64,000 nt of DNA, from sequence record PZ445435.1. One strand, written 5' to 3'. Each line of letters begins with the position of its first letter. Positions within the stretch are counted from its first letter, which is position 1. Positions 37,797-48,119 of the stretch are shown here, piece by piece. Below the pieces are notes generated by a model. It did no database searches, had not been told where the DNA came from, and saw nothing but the letters and a program-made list of their open reading frames with translations. Source of the DNA: a phage. The position numbers and the translations under genes are program-made.

Positions 37797-38756
37797 TCAC
37801 TTCCACTGCATTTCGCATGCTAATTGAATGAAAAGATAAGCTAAATGCAATTCAGTATTAGCTGCAATACCATGATACTGATTATTTTCGCCGACAATTT
37901 CGTACATACGAATAATACTTTGTGGAGTTACACGTGAATAGATTTCTTCGGCAAGTTTACCCACGAACCACGAATAATCGGCTGCATATTTTGGTGCTAA
38001 AGCTCTGAGTTGTTTAACATCTTTATTTTTGAGAGACTCAAGAACATCATCAATAGCACCACGATCGTTAGTAACCAGTGATAAAATACCAGCATCCAAA
38101 ACACCTTTAGATGAATAACTATCGAGCTCGCCAATAGTTTTACGAAAATCAGGAAAATTCTTTTTAACCAAAGCTGCTACAACTTTCATATCAGCTATAG
38201 CAATACCTTCATGTTTACAGATTTCAGTCAATCGACGAATCATCTGCTTCATCATTTCAATTTTATCTTCATCGGTCGGTTGACCGAATGTAATAACTCG
38301 GCAGCGTGACTGAAGTGGTTTAATAATACCATCAATATTGTTAGCAGTAATAATAATACTACAGTTTGAGCTGTAAGCTTCCATAAAGGAACGAAGATGA
38401 CGCTGAGACTCTGCTAACCCTGAGCGGTCAAATTCATCAATAACGATTACTTTTTGACGACCATCAAATGAAGCTGCACTGGCAAAATTAGTCAAAGGAC
38501 CACGAACGAAATCAATTTTACAATCTGACCCATTCACAAACATCATATCAGCATTTACATCATGACACAATGCTTTTGCCACAGTTGTTTTACCTGTTCC
38601 TGGAGAAGGAGAATGAAGAATAATATGTGGAATCTTACCTTTACTTGTAATAGATTTAAAGGTTTCTTTATCAAAGGCGGGAAGAATACATTCATCGATA
38701 GTAGATGGACGATATTTCTGTTCAAGAATGTGTTCTTTTTCATTTACGGTAATCAT
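37797..38756 (-). CDS. 44: clamp loader ATPase gp44 (AAA+)
   Basis: Start refined to [17 protein letters not shown] (319 aa); Walker A GTGKTT, Walker B VIDEFD. Confidence 0.9.
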
Positions 38757-38790
38757 AATTTCCTCATTCAAGTTTTAGTGTAAATTATAA

Positions 38791-38804
38791 AGGGCCGAAG
38801 CCCT
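38791..38804 (-). terminator. UUCG-loop hairpin between 45 and 44
   Basis: agggccgaagccct. Confidence 0.5.
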
Positions 38805-38807
38805 CTA

Positions 38808-39494
38808 TTAAAAATCATGGGTAGAATCAGCTTCAAGAGCTACTACATAATTCGCGTGTTCACCTTCAAATTTAGCAGCACCTTGTTTACCTTTTGCCCA
38901 GAGCAGAAGTTTATAATTTCCTGGTTGCATTTTCATATTTGCCATATTGATAATGAAATTAAATGTATTTTCACCATCATAATCACCAAGAGTCAAAGAA
39001 TATTTAACACGGGTCAGAGCAGAATCTTCTACTTTATTAAAACCGTTAATTACGATTTTACCTTCTTTTACCGTGATAGCAATTGTATCAATCTGCAGAC
39101 CACGAGATACACGTAACAGCTGTTGAAGGTCTTCAGCTTTAATTTCAGTAACAACAGATGCTACCGGGAATGGAATTGGTTTATTAGGAGCAACTACTGT
39201 ACTCGGATCGGCTGCTGGCCAAAAAATTGTTGAACGAGCATCAGCAATTTTAATATTTCCATCTTCTGACTGGGAAATTTCTGCATCATCATTAACTAGA
39301 GACAGAATACCAAGAAAACCGTTTAAATCGTAAATTGCTACATCAAAATCAATAACGTCAGAAATATTTGCTTCCGCATAAGTTGTACCATTAACTGCGC
39401 GAGTCATAATAAATTGACCGGATTTAAGCATAATACCGGAGTTAATAGTAGCGAAATTTTTAAGCAGAGCAGTAGTATCTTTAGACAGTTTCAT
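38808..39494 (-). CDS. 45: sliding clamp gp45
   Basis: 228 aa; size and synteny. Confidence 0.9.
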   Translation of the reverse strand: MKLSKDTTALLKNFATINSGIMLKSGQFIMTRAVNGTTYAEANISDVIDFDVAIYDLNGFLGILSLVNDDAEISQSEDGNIKIADARSTIFWPAADPSTVVAPNKPIPFPVASVVTEIKAEDLQQLLRVSRGLQIDTIAITVKEGKIVINGFNKVEDSALTRVKYSLTLGDYDGENTFNFIINMANMKMQPGNYKLLLWAKGKQGAAKFEGEHANYVVALEADSTHDF

Positions 39495-39523
39495 GTAATT
39501 TCCTTCAATTCAAATGAGATTTA

Positions 39524-39549
39524 ATTTTATAACTAATTTAATAAAGCAA
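39524..39549 (-). promoter_or_regulatory. MotA-dependent middle promoter for gene 45
   Basis: Minus strand TTGCTTTA-12nt-TAAAAT. Confidence 0.45.
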
Positions 39550-39939
39550 TTAACGATTAAAATCAGCCGCAATTGTTTCCGCAACAATTTGAGCAGCAAC
39601 AATTAGACGTTCATCTGCATTACCACAATAATCATCTTCAAGGCGTTCACCACATGAAGTCATAATAAATTTAGCACCGGCGTTTAGGGATTCTGTAGTA
39701 TGTTTGCGCATTAGTTCAATCCATTTATTACTTACTTCACGATCGATAGCTTCATAATACGCATGACGAGCAGGTGCAGATTTAATTTTGTTCTGAATAA
39801 CTTCCATTGCGTTATCAGAAAGAGACAAAACCCATGCGCGACGAATTTTATTTTGGTTTTGCGGATTTGAGTCAGAACGCACGTGTTTTGGCTGAATATC
39901 TTTTACATCAACGTTATAATTCACAGTAATTTTAGTCAT
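39550..39939 (-). CDS. rpbA: RNA polymerase binding protein RpbA (by size and position)
   Basis: 129-aa ORF immediately upstream of gene 45. Confidence 0.6.
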   Translation of the reverse strand: MTKITVNYNVDVKDIQPKHVRSDSNPQNQNKIRRAWVLSLSDNAMEVIQNKIKSAPARHAYYEAIDREVSNKWIELMRKHTTESLNAGAKFIMTSCGERLEDDYCGNADERLIVAAQIVAETIAADFNR

Positions 39940-39948
39940 AATACACCT

Positions 39949-40137
39949 TTAGTCATAATAATCAGTAACAGTCCAAGCTTCATTTCTATTGGACATTATT
40001 TTTGTATATTCTGCTTTAAATGCATTCCTAAGCATAGATTCAGTAACTATATGCTCTTCATTAGAAAAATTATTTCTCAGAATATATCGTTTTATTTCAG
40101 GAATAGTTAATAGATGCTGTCCAGTTGAATATTCCAT
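39949..40137 (-). CDS. hypothetical protein
   Basis: 62-aa ORF. Confidence 0.45.
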   Translation of the reverse strand: MEYSTGQHLLTIPEIKRYILRNNFSNEEHIVTESMLRNAFKAEYTKIMSNRNEAWTVTDYYD

Positions 40138-40192
40138 GTTTTTCCTCCATAGAGATTATACTCTAATAAATTAAAGCATAATCTCTTATAAA

Positions 40193-41875
40193 TTAAACCA
40201 TTACAGTAAATCGACCAACTTTCTTCATTTGAAGATGCTGACCGTATGCTTGTGGGTCATGGTCTCTATGCGAAATAACAAAAACATTAGTATTTTTTAA
40301 ACTATCTAAAATAGTTGAAATAGCTTTTACACCTTCAACGTCGGTCGCTGAATCAAAAACTTCATCAAGAATTAGTGTGTTTATTTTAACACCTGAAACT
40401 TTTTCAGCAATATCACGCCAAGTAAATAAAAGAGCAATATCAATTCGTGCTTTTTCACCTTGACTGAATGAAGCATAACTAAAATCTTCACGACCACGGG
40501 ATTTAATTGTCTCATTAAATTCTTCATCTAATGTAAACACATAATCCGCTTCCATTATTTTAAGATAATGGTTAATCTGCTTATTAAATAATGGAATGTA
40601 CTTTTTAATAATAGCACCTTTAATACCAGAATCTTTGAGCATATCAGTCAAAATTCCTCGGTGGTATTTTTCCATTACTAAATTAGTTTTTGTCTTAACA
40701 ATTTTATCAAGTTCTTCTTGAAGCAGTGCTATTTCATCAGCATGGTCAATAAACTCAGAAGATGCTTTTTCTATAGCTGCTTTAACTTTTTTAGCTTTAT
40801 CTACCGTCGTGATTAGAGATTGCTTTTTATTGCGAATATCATTTGCCAACGACTGCTGAGTTTTAATATTATCTCGGTATTCATCAACAAGAACTTTTAA
40901 ATTATCACGATGTGTTGAAAGCTGTTCAAACGAATGCGTACATTCAGAAACTTTATCTTTAATTTTAGAAACAACTTTATCACCGGAACTTAATTGTGAC
41001 AAACAGGTTGGACATAATCCACCTTCGTGATACATATTAATGACTTTATTATACGAGTCAATTTTTGATTTAATTAAAACTGCTTCTTGACCGATTTTAT
41101 TAAATGCATCAGTCGGGTCTTCATCTAAAACAATATTAACTAATCTTTCATTAGCTTCTTCTATTTCCGATTTTAGCGTTCTAGCTTCTTTTGCCAAATC
41201 ATCATACATATTTTGCAGACGAGTAAGGTTGTCACCAGTTAATTTTTTCTGGCGTTCAACGTTATCATTATATATTTTAATTTGTTGGATAATACTATCT
41301 TTTTTAACATCAAGCACTTGGTTTTGTGAATTTAATTCGCGTATTAGTGCTTTGTTAAGCTTATCCATTTCAGCTAATGTTCCTACCTCAAGCAGGTCTT
41401 CCACAAGCTTTCTTCGCGCAGGGGTCGACAAACCCATGAAAGGGGTATACCCTGCTGTACCAAGAACAACAATCTGCTTGAAACTGGCATATGACATTCC
41501 GATAAGCTGTTCAAATTCTGCTTGGAAATCTTTACTGCTGGCAGATTCATTAAGACGTGTACCGTTAACGGTGATTTCGAAAACGTTTGGTTTTTGTCCT
41601 CTTTTGATATAGTACTTTTTCTCATCATATTCCATCCACAGTTCAACTAAAAGTTCTTTCTTATTTGTGCTGTTTATTAATTGACCTTTCTTTACATCAC
41701 GGAATGGCTTGCCAAAAAGCCCAAATGTGATGGCTTCTAACATAGTAGACTTACCACCGCCATTTCGTCCAGTAATAAGAGTTTTTTGAACCTTATCTAA
41801 TTGAATGTCAATAGGATTTCCACCTACTGACATTATATTTTGATACCTAACTCGGTTTAGTTTAAAATTCTTCAC
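40193..41875 (-). CDS. 46: recombination endonuclease subunit gp46 (Rad50/SbcC-like)
   Basis: 560 aa, Walker A GRNGGGKST, central coiled coil, C-terminal ABC signature/D-loop. Confidence 0.9.
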   Translation of the reverse strand: MKNFKLNRVRYQNIMSVGGNPIDIQLDKVQKTLITGRNGGGKSTMLEAITFGLFGKPFRDVKKGQLINSTNKKELLVELWMEYDEKKYYIKRGQKPNVFEITVNGTRLNESASSKDFQAEFEQLIGMSYASFKQIVVLGTAGYTPFMGLSTPARRKLVEDLLEVGTLAEMDKLNKALIRELNSQNQVLDVKKDSIIQQIKIYNDNVERQKKLTGDNLTRLQNMYDDLAKEARTLKSEIEEANERLVNIVLDEDPTDAFNKIGQEAVLIKSKIDSYNKVINMYHEGGLCPTCLSQLSSGDKVVSKIKDKVSECTHSFEQLSTHRDNLKVLVDEYRDNIKTQQSLANDIRNKKQSLITTVDKAKKVKAAIEKASSEFIDHADEIALLQEELDKIVKTKTNLVMEKYHRGILTDMLKDSGIKGAIIKKYIPLFNKQINHYLKIMEADYVFTLDEEFNETIKSRGREDFSYASFSQGEKARIDIALLFTWRDIAEKVSGVKINTLILDEVFDSATDVEGVKAISTILDSLKNTNVFVISHRDHDPQAYGQHLQMKKVGRFTVMV

Positions 41876-42135
41876 AAAAGATTCCTTTTAATGTATCTTT
41901 TAGACCATTCTATCATATCATCATAATCTAAAAAGTATTCATCAAATTCAGCCATGCAAACAACACCTTGTGCTGCTTTTGATGTGATATAAATTATTCC
42001 AACATATCTAGAATCTTCTTCGGTATAATCAATATTTGCTATGAATTCATCATTAATGTCAAATGTCGAAAACTTCACAGTATGCATCCTTAATACAAGA
42101 TACAGCCATATCTTGTAATGATTTAGGTGTGTCAT
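41872..42135 (-). CDS. hypothetical protein
   Basis: 87-aa ORF. Confidence 0.5.
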   Translation of the reverse strand: MTHLNHYKIWLYLVLRMHTVKFSTFDINDEFIANIDYTEEDSRYVGIIYITSKAAQGVVCMAEFDEYFLDYDDMIEWSKRYIKRNLL

Positions 42136-42322
42136 TATCTAAAATGTTGAAGTTAAAAGATACAGCCCAGTCAGTGCAGACCGTAACCTTTTTAATACAA
42201 TTATCTTCAACCTCTAGCGGTTCAAACCAGTATTCAATAATTTCTTTATGCCCAATATCATCTTTTACTTCGCATTCAAAATGCTGACTCATCATAACAT
42301 TTTTAAATTCATCAAAAGTCAT
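42059..42322 (-). CDS. hypothetical protein
   Basis: 87-aa ORF overlapping previous ORF in another frame; real start may be internal. Confidence 0.4.
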   Translation of the reverse strand: MTFDEFKNVMMSQHFECEVKDDIGHKEIIEYWFEPLEVEDNCIKKVTVCTDWAVSFNFNILDNDTPKSLQDMAVSCIKDAYCEVFDI

Positions 42323-43338
42323 TGTGTTGCCTCTACATATAACTGATTTGCATATTGAATAAGTGCTTCACGGTCAGAATCAGTGATGTCTGGAATTGCA
42401 TTAATATACTCTTCCATTAATGTCTGAAGCGATTGAACTTCAACTTCTTCACTGTCATCTGACTCGACAGAGTTATCAATCTTTGACACAACTCGTAATG
42501 AATGCACAACTTTTTCTAGTTCAGATTCGAACTTCGTTAGATTTTTATCTACTTCAGTTACTATAACACGTACTGATAGATTTGTAAAATCTTTATAGTC
42601 AATTTTTCCTTTAAATGGATAATGAATTCTACGATGCCAGGTAGTATTGTTTGGAATAAATTCCATTCGTTCTGTTTCTGTATCAAACATCCAGAACCCA
42701 CGAGGGTCATTCTCGTCACCTGCAGTTAGTGTCCATGGTGTCCCAATATATCTGACGTTAGCAGCCTCAGAGATAGTATGGAAGTGACCAGACCACACCT
42801 CTTTATAAGTCTTAAGGAAATCAGGTTCAAGACCGTGAGATTTCATTCCTTTATAAAAATAAAATCCATTCAGTTCCCAGTGACCAACACAAAAAGAAGC
42901 AGATGAAGTTTTGATGTGTTCAAGAATTTCACCAGTATTTTCTTCACACATCCAAGGAATTAAATCAATCAAACATCCGTCAAAATCTACTGTAGTAGGC
43001 TTATCATATACTTTAACATTAGGATATTTAGCCAAAAGCTCAGTAGAAGCATTTGGAGTTAAAGTATTTTTAAAGTGCATATCATGGTTTCCTACAACAG
43101 TATGCAGGGTAATACCAGCATCATCAAGCATTTGAACTATTTCACGGGCGAATTCCATAGTTTTATGTGTGATTGCTTTTCGCACATCAAAAATATCGCC
43201 GTATTGAATCCATGTAGTAATTCCATTTTTCTTAGAATATTCTATTGCTTGTTTAATTCCATCCAACTGAATGGATTGAACCCACTCATCATCGGCTTTA
43301 ACACCTAAATGCCAATCACCTAAATTTAAAATTTTCAT
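42319..43338 (-). CDS. 47: recombination endonuclease subunit gp47 (Mre11/SbcD-like)
   Basis: 339 aa, phosphoesterase motifs (DWHLG, GNHD, GHWE/GHFH). Confidence 0.9.
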   Translation of the reverse strand: MKILNLGDWHLGVKADDEWVQSIQLDGIKQAIEYSKKNGITTWIQYGDIFDVRKAITHKTMEFAREIVQMLDDAGITLHTVVGNHDMHFKNTLTPNASTELLAKYPNVKVYDKPTTVDFDGCLIDLIPWMCEENTGEILEHIKTSSASFCVGHWELNGFYFYKGMKSHGLEPDFLKTYKEVWSGHFHTISEAANVRYIGTPWTLTAGDENDPRGFWMFDTETERMEFIPNNTTWHRRIHYPFKGKIDYKDFTNLSVRVIVTEVDKNLTKFESELEKVVHSLRVVSKIDNSVESDDSEEVEVQSLQTLMEEYINAIPDITDSDREALIQYANQLYVEATQ

Positions 43339-43473
43339 ATATCAAGAACCGTCATTGAAATGCAAAATAAAATTATTGAAATAAATCCATCTGGAGTACT
43401 AAAGAACCCAATCCAACATGCTCTAGTGAATAGATAAAATGCGAGAAAAAGTATCACATATCCAAGAAATATC

Positions 43474-43499
43474 ATTATATCAAGCTCCGTATAAAGCTA
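43474..43499 (-). promoter_or_regulatory. MotA-dependent middle promoter upstream of gene 47
   Basis: Minus strand TAGCTTTA-12nt-TATAAT. Confidence 0.45.
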
Positions 43500-43500
43500 A

Positions 43501-43514
43501 AGGGCCGAAGCCCT
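43501..43514 (-). terminator. UUCG-loop hairpin at alpha-gt 3' end
   Basis: agggccgaagccct. Confidence 0.5.
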
Positions 43515-44717
43515 TTATTTTGTAATAATGTCAAACTGCTCTTTAAAGCAGAAGCTTGAATCTTGATGTTGATACAAAAATTCATAAGCTTTTTCGCGTT
43601 CACGGTCATAAAGAGCTCGGTCAGATGACAGTTCTTTAATACGTTCAAATGTTGATTCCATGTCATTTTCATCAAACCAAACGATACCGCTATCATGAGA
43701 AATTAACGGAGTATTATCAACACGGAATTTTAAATTTTCGCCAGTAGATTTCCAAAATACCGGAATTGTTCCACATGCACCAAGCTCGAGATGAGTGTAT
43801 TCTAAAGAACGTTGTAGATATTTTTTATCTAATTTACTCAGCTGATAACCAAATCCGGATTTACTCATGCGTTCAAGCATTTCGCTATTTACATAACGGT
43901 CGAGAATTTGCGTTGGCAAATTAGGAGCAATTTTAATTTGGTCTACTTGATGAAGACGATAATACTCGTATGGAATTCCTTTTTCTTTAATAGGAATGAA
44001 CGCTGGAGAACGTTCCAGACCTTCCATAATAGTACTCAATCCTGCAGGTTTAAGATGTTTTTCATGAAAATCAAACATCTGATAAAAGCCTTTCCATGTA
44101 GTAGTACGACCAATCCAACGGTTGATATTCATGTTAATTTCAGAAACATCTTTCCAGTAGGTTGATCGAACCTTCGCAATATCCATAGGAGGCTGAAAGT
44201 TATATACGGTCGGTGCTTCTTCAATATCATCAAACAGAGAAACTGTTTCTGGATACCATTCTTTCATTAAAACTTTATTAAAATCGCCATTATCAGAATG
44301 ACTAAAAATAACATCAGCTCGACGAACAGTTTCTTCTAATCCCAAATTTCGGCGCAAAGAAAGAGAAGAATGGTCATGCTGATAAACTACAACACGAACA
44401 GAAGGTTTAATGTTATCAATAATTTTTTTATAGTTATTAATAGTGTCTTCTTCAACCGAAGTAGCAGGAACTGAATTGATAATTAGAATATCACAATCAT
44501 TTACCAGCTTAAGTGTTTTATCATATTCTTTTGCCAATAAAACCGGAATTGAAAATGATTTATAATCATGCGCGCAATTACGAGTAAATGATTTATCTTT
44601 AGCATAAACCAAAGTTACTTCATGACCATTTTTAATAAACCAATCACGTTGCTCGAGTGAGAATTTTGTTACACCACAACCTTCAAGACCTCGAGCCATA
44701 AAAATACATACTTTCAT
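43515..44717 (-). CDS. agt: DNA alpha-glucosyltransferase
   Basis: 400 aa, MKVCIFMARGLEGCGVTKFSLEQRDWF...; matches T4 alpha-gt from memory. Confidence 0.85.
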   Translation of the reverse strand: MKVCIFMARGLEGCGVTKFSLEQRDWFIKNGHEVTLVYAKDKSFTRNCAHDYKSFSIPVLLAKEYDKTLKLVNDCDILIINSVPATSVEEDTINNYKKIIDNIKPSVRVVVYQHDHSSLSLRRNLGLEETVRRADVIFSHSDNGDFNKVLMKEWYPETVSLFDDIEEAPTVYNFQPPMDIAKVRSTYWKDVSEINMNINRWIGRTTTWKGFYQMFDFHEKHLKPAGLSTIMEGLERSPAFIPIKEKGIPYEYYRLHQVDQIKIAPNLPTQILDRYVNSEMLERMSKSGFGYQLSKLDKKYLQRSLEYTHLELGACGTIPVFWKSTGENLKFRVDNTPLISHDSGIVWFDENDMESTFERIKELSSDRALYDREREKAYEFLYQHQDSSFCFKEQFDIITK

Positions 44718-44741
44718 TTAATATCCTCTTTGTTTTGGTTT

Positions 44742-44766
44742 ATTTTACCAAAAATTTATAAAGCAA
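44742..44766 (-). promoter_or_regulatory. MotA-dependent middle promoter for alpha-gt
   Basis: Minus strand TTGCTTTA-11nt-TAAAAT. Confidence 0.4.
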
Positions 44767-44770
44767 TATA

Positions 44771-44784
44771 GGAGCCGAAGCTCC
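44771..44784 (-). terminator. UUCG-loop hairpin
   Basis: ggagccgaagctcc. Confidence 0.45.
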
Positions 44785-44960
44785 TATCCACATAATACGC
44801 CATACAGAGGCTCGTTAGAACTTTTAAATTTTATGCGCTTATATTTTATAGTTCCTTCTGCTTTAGCTTTATCATGAGACTCTTTAAAGCGTCTCATCAT
44901 TTCCTCTTTAGAGGAACGAATTTTATTATAATCTATTTCAGAAGTCTGGGTGTTCATCTT

Positions 44961-45167
44961 TCATAACTGCCACCATTTTTTGACTTGATAAGAATCAACC
45001 CACACTTTCATATTAGGGTCTGCTCTTACAATAGGAGGATTAACTTCTTTAATTGAACTATCATGGTATTCTTTTTCAGAAATTTTCACACAAAGATGAC
45101 CATTCAAAGATTCAGTAAATCCTGCATTAATTTTAAGACGCTTGAATTTTACGTGTGTAAGCATCAA
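44961..45167 (-). CDS. hypothetical protein
   Basis: 68-aa ORF. Confidence 0.45.
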   Translation of the reverse strand: MMLTHVKFKRLKINAGFTESLNGHLCVKISEKEYHDSSIKEVNPPIVRADPNMKVWVDSYQVKKWWQL

Positions 45168-45450
45168 TCATATCCTCAATTTGCGATCTAGTAGTCTTCC
45201 AAAGAATACTGATGAGTTCATCGTTATATGGCTGTTTTAGAATATCCCGACTTTTCTTGATAGCATATTCGTATTGAGCAAAATTATTATTTTCAGCTGC
45301 AATCTGAGCGTGCTTATAAAGACGATTCAGTTCGCGTTTGTTTTTAGACAATAACTTATTTGCTTTTCTTTCTGCTTCAAGACGGTTCTTTTCTTCAATA
45401 GAAGAAATAAGCTTTTCCACTTCATCATTAATTTCGGGTTTATCAGTCAT
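45133..45450 (-). CDS. hypothetical protein
   Basis: 105-aa ORF. Confidence 0.5.
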   Translation of the reverse strand: MTDKPEINDEVEKLISSIEEKNRLEAERKANKLLSKNKRELNRLYKHAQIAAENNNFAQYEYAIKKSRDILKQPYNDELISILWKTTRSQIEDMIDAYTRKIQAS

Positions 45451-45451
45451 A

Positions 45452-45670
45452 TTATTTCTCTAATATAAAATAAAAATCATCATCTGTTAAATGATACCGA
45501 TAGTTTAATTCTACACCATTAGATTTAAAAGCGGTATCATACGGATTTTCTGGATCAATATCAATGTCAAGAGCTAAAACTTCCCTGAGATACATTTTAA
45601 GTAAATAGGGAATAGCTTCAACTTCAGGTATTTCTTCCAAGAATCCGGAGAGGTTAATCGTTAGCCTCAT
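45452..45670 (-). CDS. hypothetical protein
   Basis: 72-aa ORF. Confidence 0.5.
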
Positions 45671-46211
45671 ATAAAAAATCCAAACTAGGAGAATCGTCTA
45701 CAACACTTTTCTTTTCAGCCCCCGGTGTTCTATAGGTTGATTCTTCGTAATGCGTCATTTTATCGTAGATGTCTTGAATAAAAGTTTCATCTACTAACGC
45801 AACCATATCGTCGTCACGACTGTCATAGACATTGTGAACGAAGTAACTATATTTCTTTGCAACTTCCTTACGTTCTTTTTTAATACGTTGGACGAATGCA
45901 TTAAAACAAGCTTGAGTTATATACGCATGTGGGTTTTTATATTTCGTTTCATCAAAATTGTGAAGCCCCTTAATAGAAGCTTCTATACCATCTGCAATCA
46001 TTTCTTGTTTCCAAGACTGGGTGTATCCTGAAAAGTTGAAACGTTTAGATAAGCCTTCTGCAATAAGCATAATGGCTAATCCGATAGTATCATTCTGACG
46101 AACTACTTTATTTGGGTCTTTATTATTTGCTAATTCTGTTTTCCAATCAATAATAGCTTGTAAAAGCTCTTTATTGTTTACGTAATTATATTTAGGCTTA
46201 GTTTCTGACAT
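45654..46211 (-). CDS. 55: late sigma factor gp55
   Basis: Start at [23 protein letters not shown] (185 aa); matches T4 gp55 from memory. Confidence 0.85.
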
Positions 46212-46289
46212 TTTCACCTCTTAGCTCAATTCATAGATCTATTATATCATAATATTTGAAGATCTATCTTAAAGCATAGAGAATATCAG

Positions 46290-46559
46290 TTATCTAAGTA
46301 AACAGTATGCTTGGAATACTTTCTCCATCATCTTTTTAAATTCATGAATATCTATATAATGACTAGTTAGATCAGCATGATATAAAAAGTCTAAAAACTT
46401 TTCATGTGTACTAACATATTCACTTTCATTTAATTCAGAAACATGGCTTTCCCAATATCCAACACCAGTCTTATTTGGGAAAAATGAAATTTTCATGTAT
46501 TGGTCAACATAGAAAATGCCATAATTTTCAATAGTAATAGAAATATTAATAAATTTCAT
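46290..46559 (-). CDS. hypothetical protein
   Basis: 89-aa ORF. Confidence 0.5.
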   Translation of the reverse strand: MKFINISITIENYGIFYVDQYMKISFFPNKTGVGYWESHVSELNESEYVSTHEKFLDFLYHADLTSHYIDIHEFKKMMEKVFQAYCLLR

Positions 46560-46771
46560 ACATTCATCAACTTAGCCGCTTCAAGAGCTGCATCTAGTGA
46601 ATCAAATTGGTCAACGTATTCAATCAATTCGCCATAATTGGCATATAACCACCATTGGCTAAATTCATACTCAAGGATGAATCCGTTTCCTTCAATTTGA
46701 GTTAAACCAATGCCATTTGTATTTACTTCATATCCAGCAAGACGCAAATCGTTAATAAGAGCTTCGTTCAT
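46556..46771 (-). CDS. hypothetical protein
   Basis: 71-aa ORF. Confidence 0.5.
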   Translation of the reverse strand: MNEALINDLRLAGYEVNTNGIGLTQIEGNGFILEYEFSQWWLYANYGELIEYVDQFDSLDAALEAAKLMNV

Positions 46772-46773
46772 AA

Positions 46774-47100
46774 TTATACCTTAGTAATTTTCAGGTCTGC
46801 AAATTTTTTCTTGCGTTGATTTTTCATGCGACGAATAGTTTTATCGGAAATTTCATGCTTTTGATAAGCTTTAGATTCTACACCAAAAGCTTTAACATCA
46901 AATTCTGACAAGATATATTGAACCAACAATTCACGGACAGTATTGCGTCCAATCTTCTGATCATTCTGTTTCATCGTCTGATGAAGCTCTTTTTCCCATT
47001 TATCCAAAATTTGAGGAGTTACAATATCGCCTTTTTCTAGCAAAGAAACTACTTTATCATATGCGTAAGAATTGATGGCGTTTTTAATTTGAATAGTCAT
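46774..47100 (-). CDS. hypothetical protein
   Basis: 108-aa ORF. Confidence 0.5.
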   Translation of the reverse strand: MTIQIKNAINSYAYDKVVSLLEKGDIVTPQILDKWEKELHQTMKQNDQKIGRNTVRELLVQYILSEFDVKAFGVESKAYQKHEISDKTIRRMKNQRKKKFADLKITKV

Positions 47101-47138
47101 ACATTATCCTCAATTGCGTTAAAATTTTATTATCCAAA

Positions 47139-47154
47139 AAGGGCCGAAGCCCTT
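47139..47154 (-). terminator. UUCG-loop hairpin
   Basis: aaagggccgaagccctt. Confidence 0.5.
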
Positions 47155-47353
47155 AGCTAAACTTTTTGGCACCCTTCCAGCCTTCATACATCATTGCGGC
47201 TGATATTAATATTGCTCCTGAGCAACTTGAATATTTGTGATTCCAAAACCAGTTTAGAAAAACTTCGTCATCAATACCTTGTGCTATCATATTTTCAAAG
47301 AACTGACGACGAGCTTCGGCAATTCGCTGCGATAATTTAGATTCAGGATTCAT
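47153..47353 (-). CDS. hypothetical protein
   Basis: 66-aa ORF. Confidence 0.45.
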   Translation of the reverse strand: MNPESKLSQRIAEARRQFFENMIAQGIDDEVFLNWFWNHKYSSCSGAILISAAMMYEGWKGAKKFS

Positions 47354-47485
47354 TTAAATTTTCCAATTACCGTTTTCATCAATGAATTTAATCCAGTCAT
47401 TTACTGACCACTTAGTTGTATCGCCTTTTGGAGTAACATTTAAAGTATATAGCCCTTGCTTAAAAAGCATTCGTTTGATATTCAT
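47354..47485 (-). CDS. hypothetical small protein
   Basis: Start refined to MNIKRMLFKQ (43 aa) to avoid overlap with upstream ORF. Confidence 0.35.
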   Translation of the reverse strand: MNIKRMLFKQGLYTLNVTPKGDTTKWSVNDWIKFIDENGNWKI

Positions 47486-47492
47486 ATTTTCC

Positions 47493-47825
47493 TCAGATGT
47501 AACGATAACACTCGTTTGATTTACGTTTAGCAACTCGTTGAGAAGTATTATAATCAAAATCATCGTCAATGTAAACTGATTTTTTCAACTTTCTTACTTC
47601 ACCACGTAATTGGCGATTTAGCTCATCTTTAACTTCTGAATCAATACCTTTCATTCTACGCCATTTATCTGAGCGAAAAATGTTTTCAACCATATCTTTA
47701 TGACTTACCCCATCAGGAGCTTTACGCTTTCCGAAATAGTCATAATCACGAACTTTCAAGTCTTTACGACGATACGTTTTACCCATGGAGTTTAATTTCC
47801 TTAGCAACTGAACTAAATGCAGCAC
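47493..47825 (-). CDS. hypothetical basic protein
   Basis: 110-aa ORF. Confidence 0.5.
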   Translation of the reverse strand: MLHLVQLLRKLNSMGKTYRRKDLKVRDYDYFGKRKAPDGVSHKDMVENIFRSDKWRRMKGIDSEVKDELNRQLRGEVRKLKKSVYIDDDFDYNTSQRVAKRKSNECYRYI

Positions 47826-47961
47826 GATCGCAAATCATGCGTTTATGTAACTTGAGTATAATATAGCAAACTTCAAAACTATTTACATGAGTAACACGAA
47901 CAGCATTACCATTAATGAGATAATACTGTCCCTTTTTAATTTCTTTATCAACCATAACCAT
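47779..47961 (-). CDS. hypothetical protein
   Basis: 60-aa ORF downstream of early promoter. Confidence 0.45.
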   Translation of the reverse strand: MVMVDKEIKKGQYYLINGNAVRVTHVNSFEVCYIILKLHKRMICDRAAFSSVAKEIKLHG

Positions 47962-47990
47962 ATCAATTCCTCAAAGGTAATTCATATGTT

Positions 47991-48021
47991 AATAATACCA
48001 CGGTTTGAACTTGTTGTAAAC
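47991..48021 (-). promoter_or_regulatory. early promoter
   Basis: Minus strand GTTTACA-17-GTATTAT. Confidence 0.5.
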
Positions 48022-48102
48022 AACTTTGTGAAAAATATTTCAGGGAATGATAAGAAAGGAACGATAGCTTAGAATGGTAATATACAGAATGTAAGAAAGA
48101 AA

Positions 48103-48116
48103 GGCCCAGAGGGCCC
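48103..48116 (-). terminator. GC hairpin downstream of nrdH
   Basis: ggccc-aga-gggcc. Confidence 0.4.
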
Positions 48117-48119
48117 ATC

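Noticed and set aside
43339-43479. Possible 46-aa membrane ORF between alpha-gt and gene 47
   Set aside because: Its ATG overlaps the -10 hexamer of the predicted middle promoter, so the main transcript would start downstream of the start codon; coding status doubtful
43475-43696. Minus-strand ORFs overlapping larger genes in another frame (43475-43696 in alpha-gt; 22816-23028; 24415-24651 in gene 56; 33855-34040 and 35061-35252 in gene 43; 38555-38743 in gene 44; 41383-41646 in gene 46; 4121-4321 in gene 52; 31329-31529 in the GT gene; 48954-49178 in nrdG; 60516-60710 in the NTase gene)
   Set aside because: Embedded in out-of-frame sequence of recognisable genes; no independent support
46235-46270. 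8-bp inverted repeat ATAGATCT...AGATCTAT upstream of gene 55, considered as a regulatory operator
   Set aside because: Each arm is itself the palindromic AGATCT hexamer in AT-rich DNA; could arise by chance; kept only as a note
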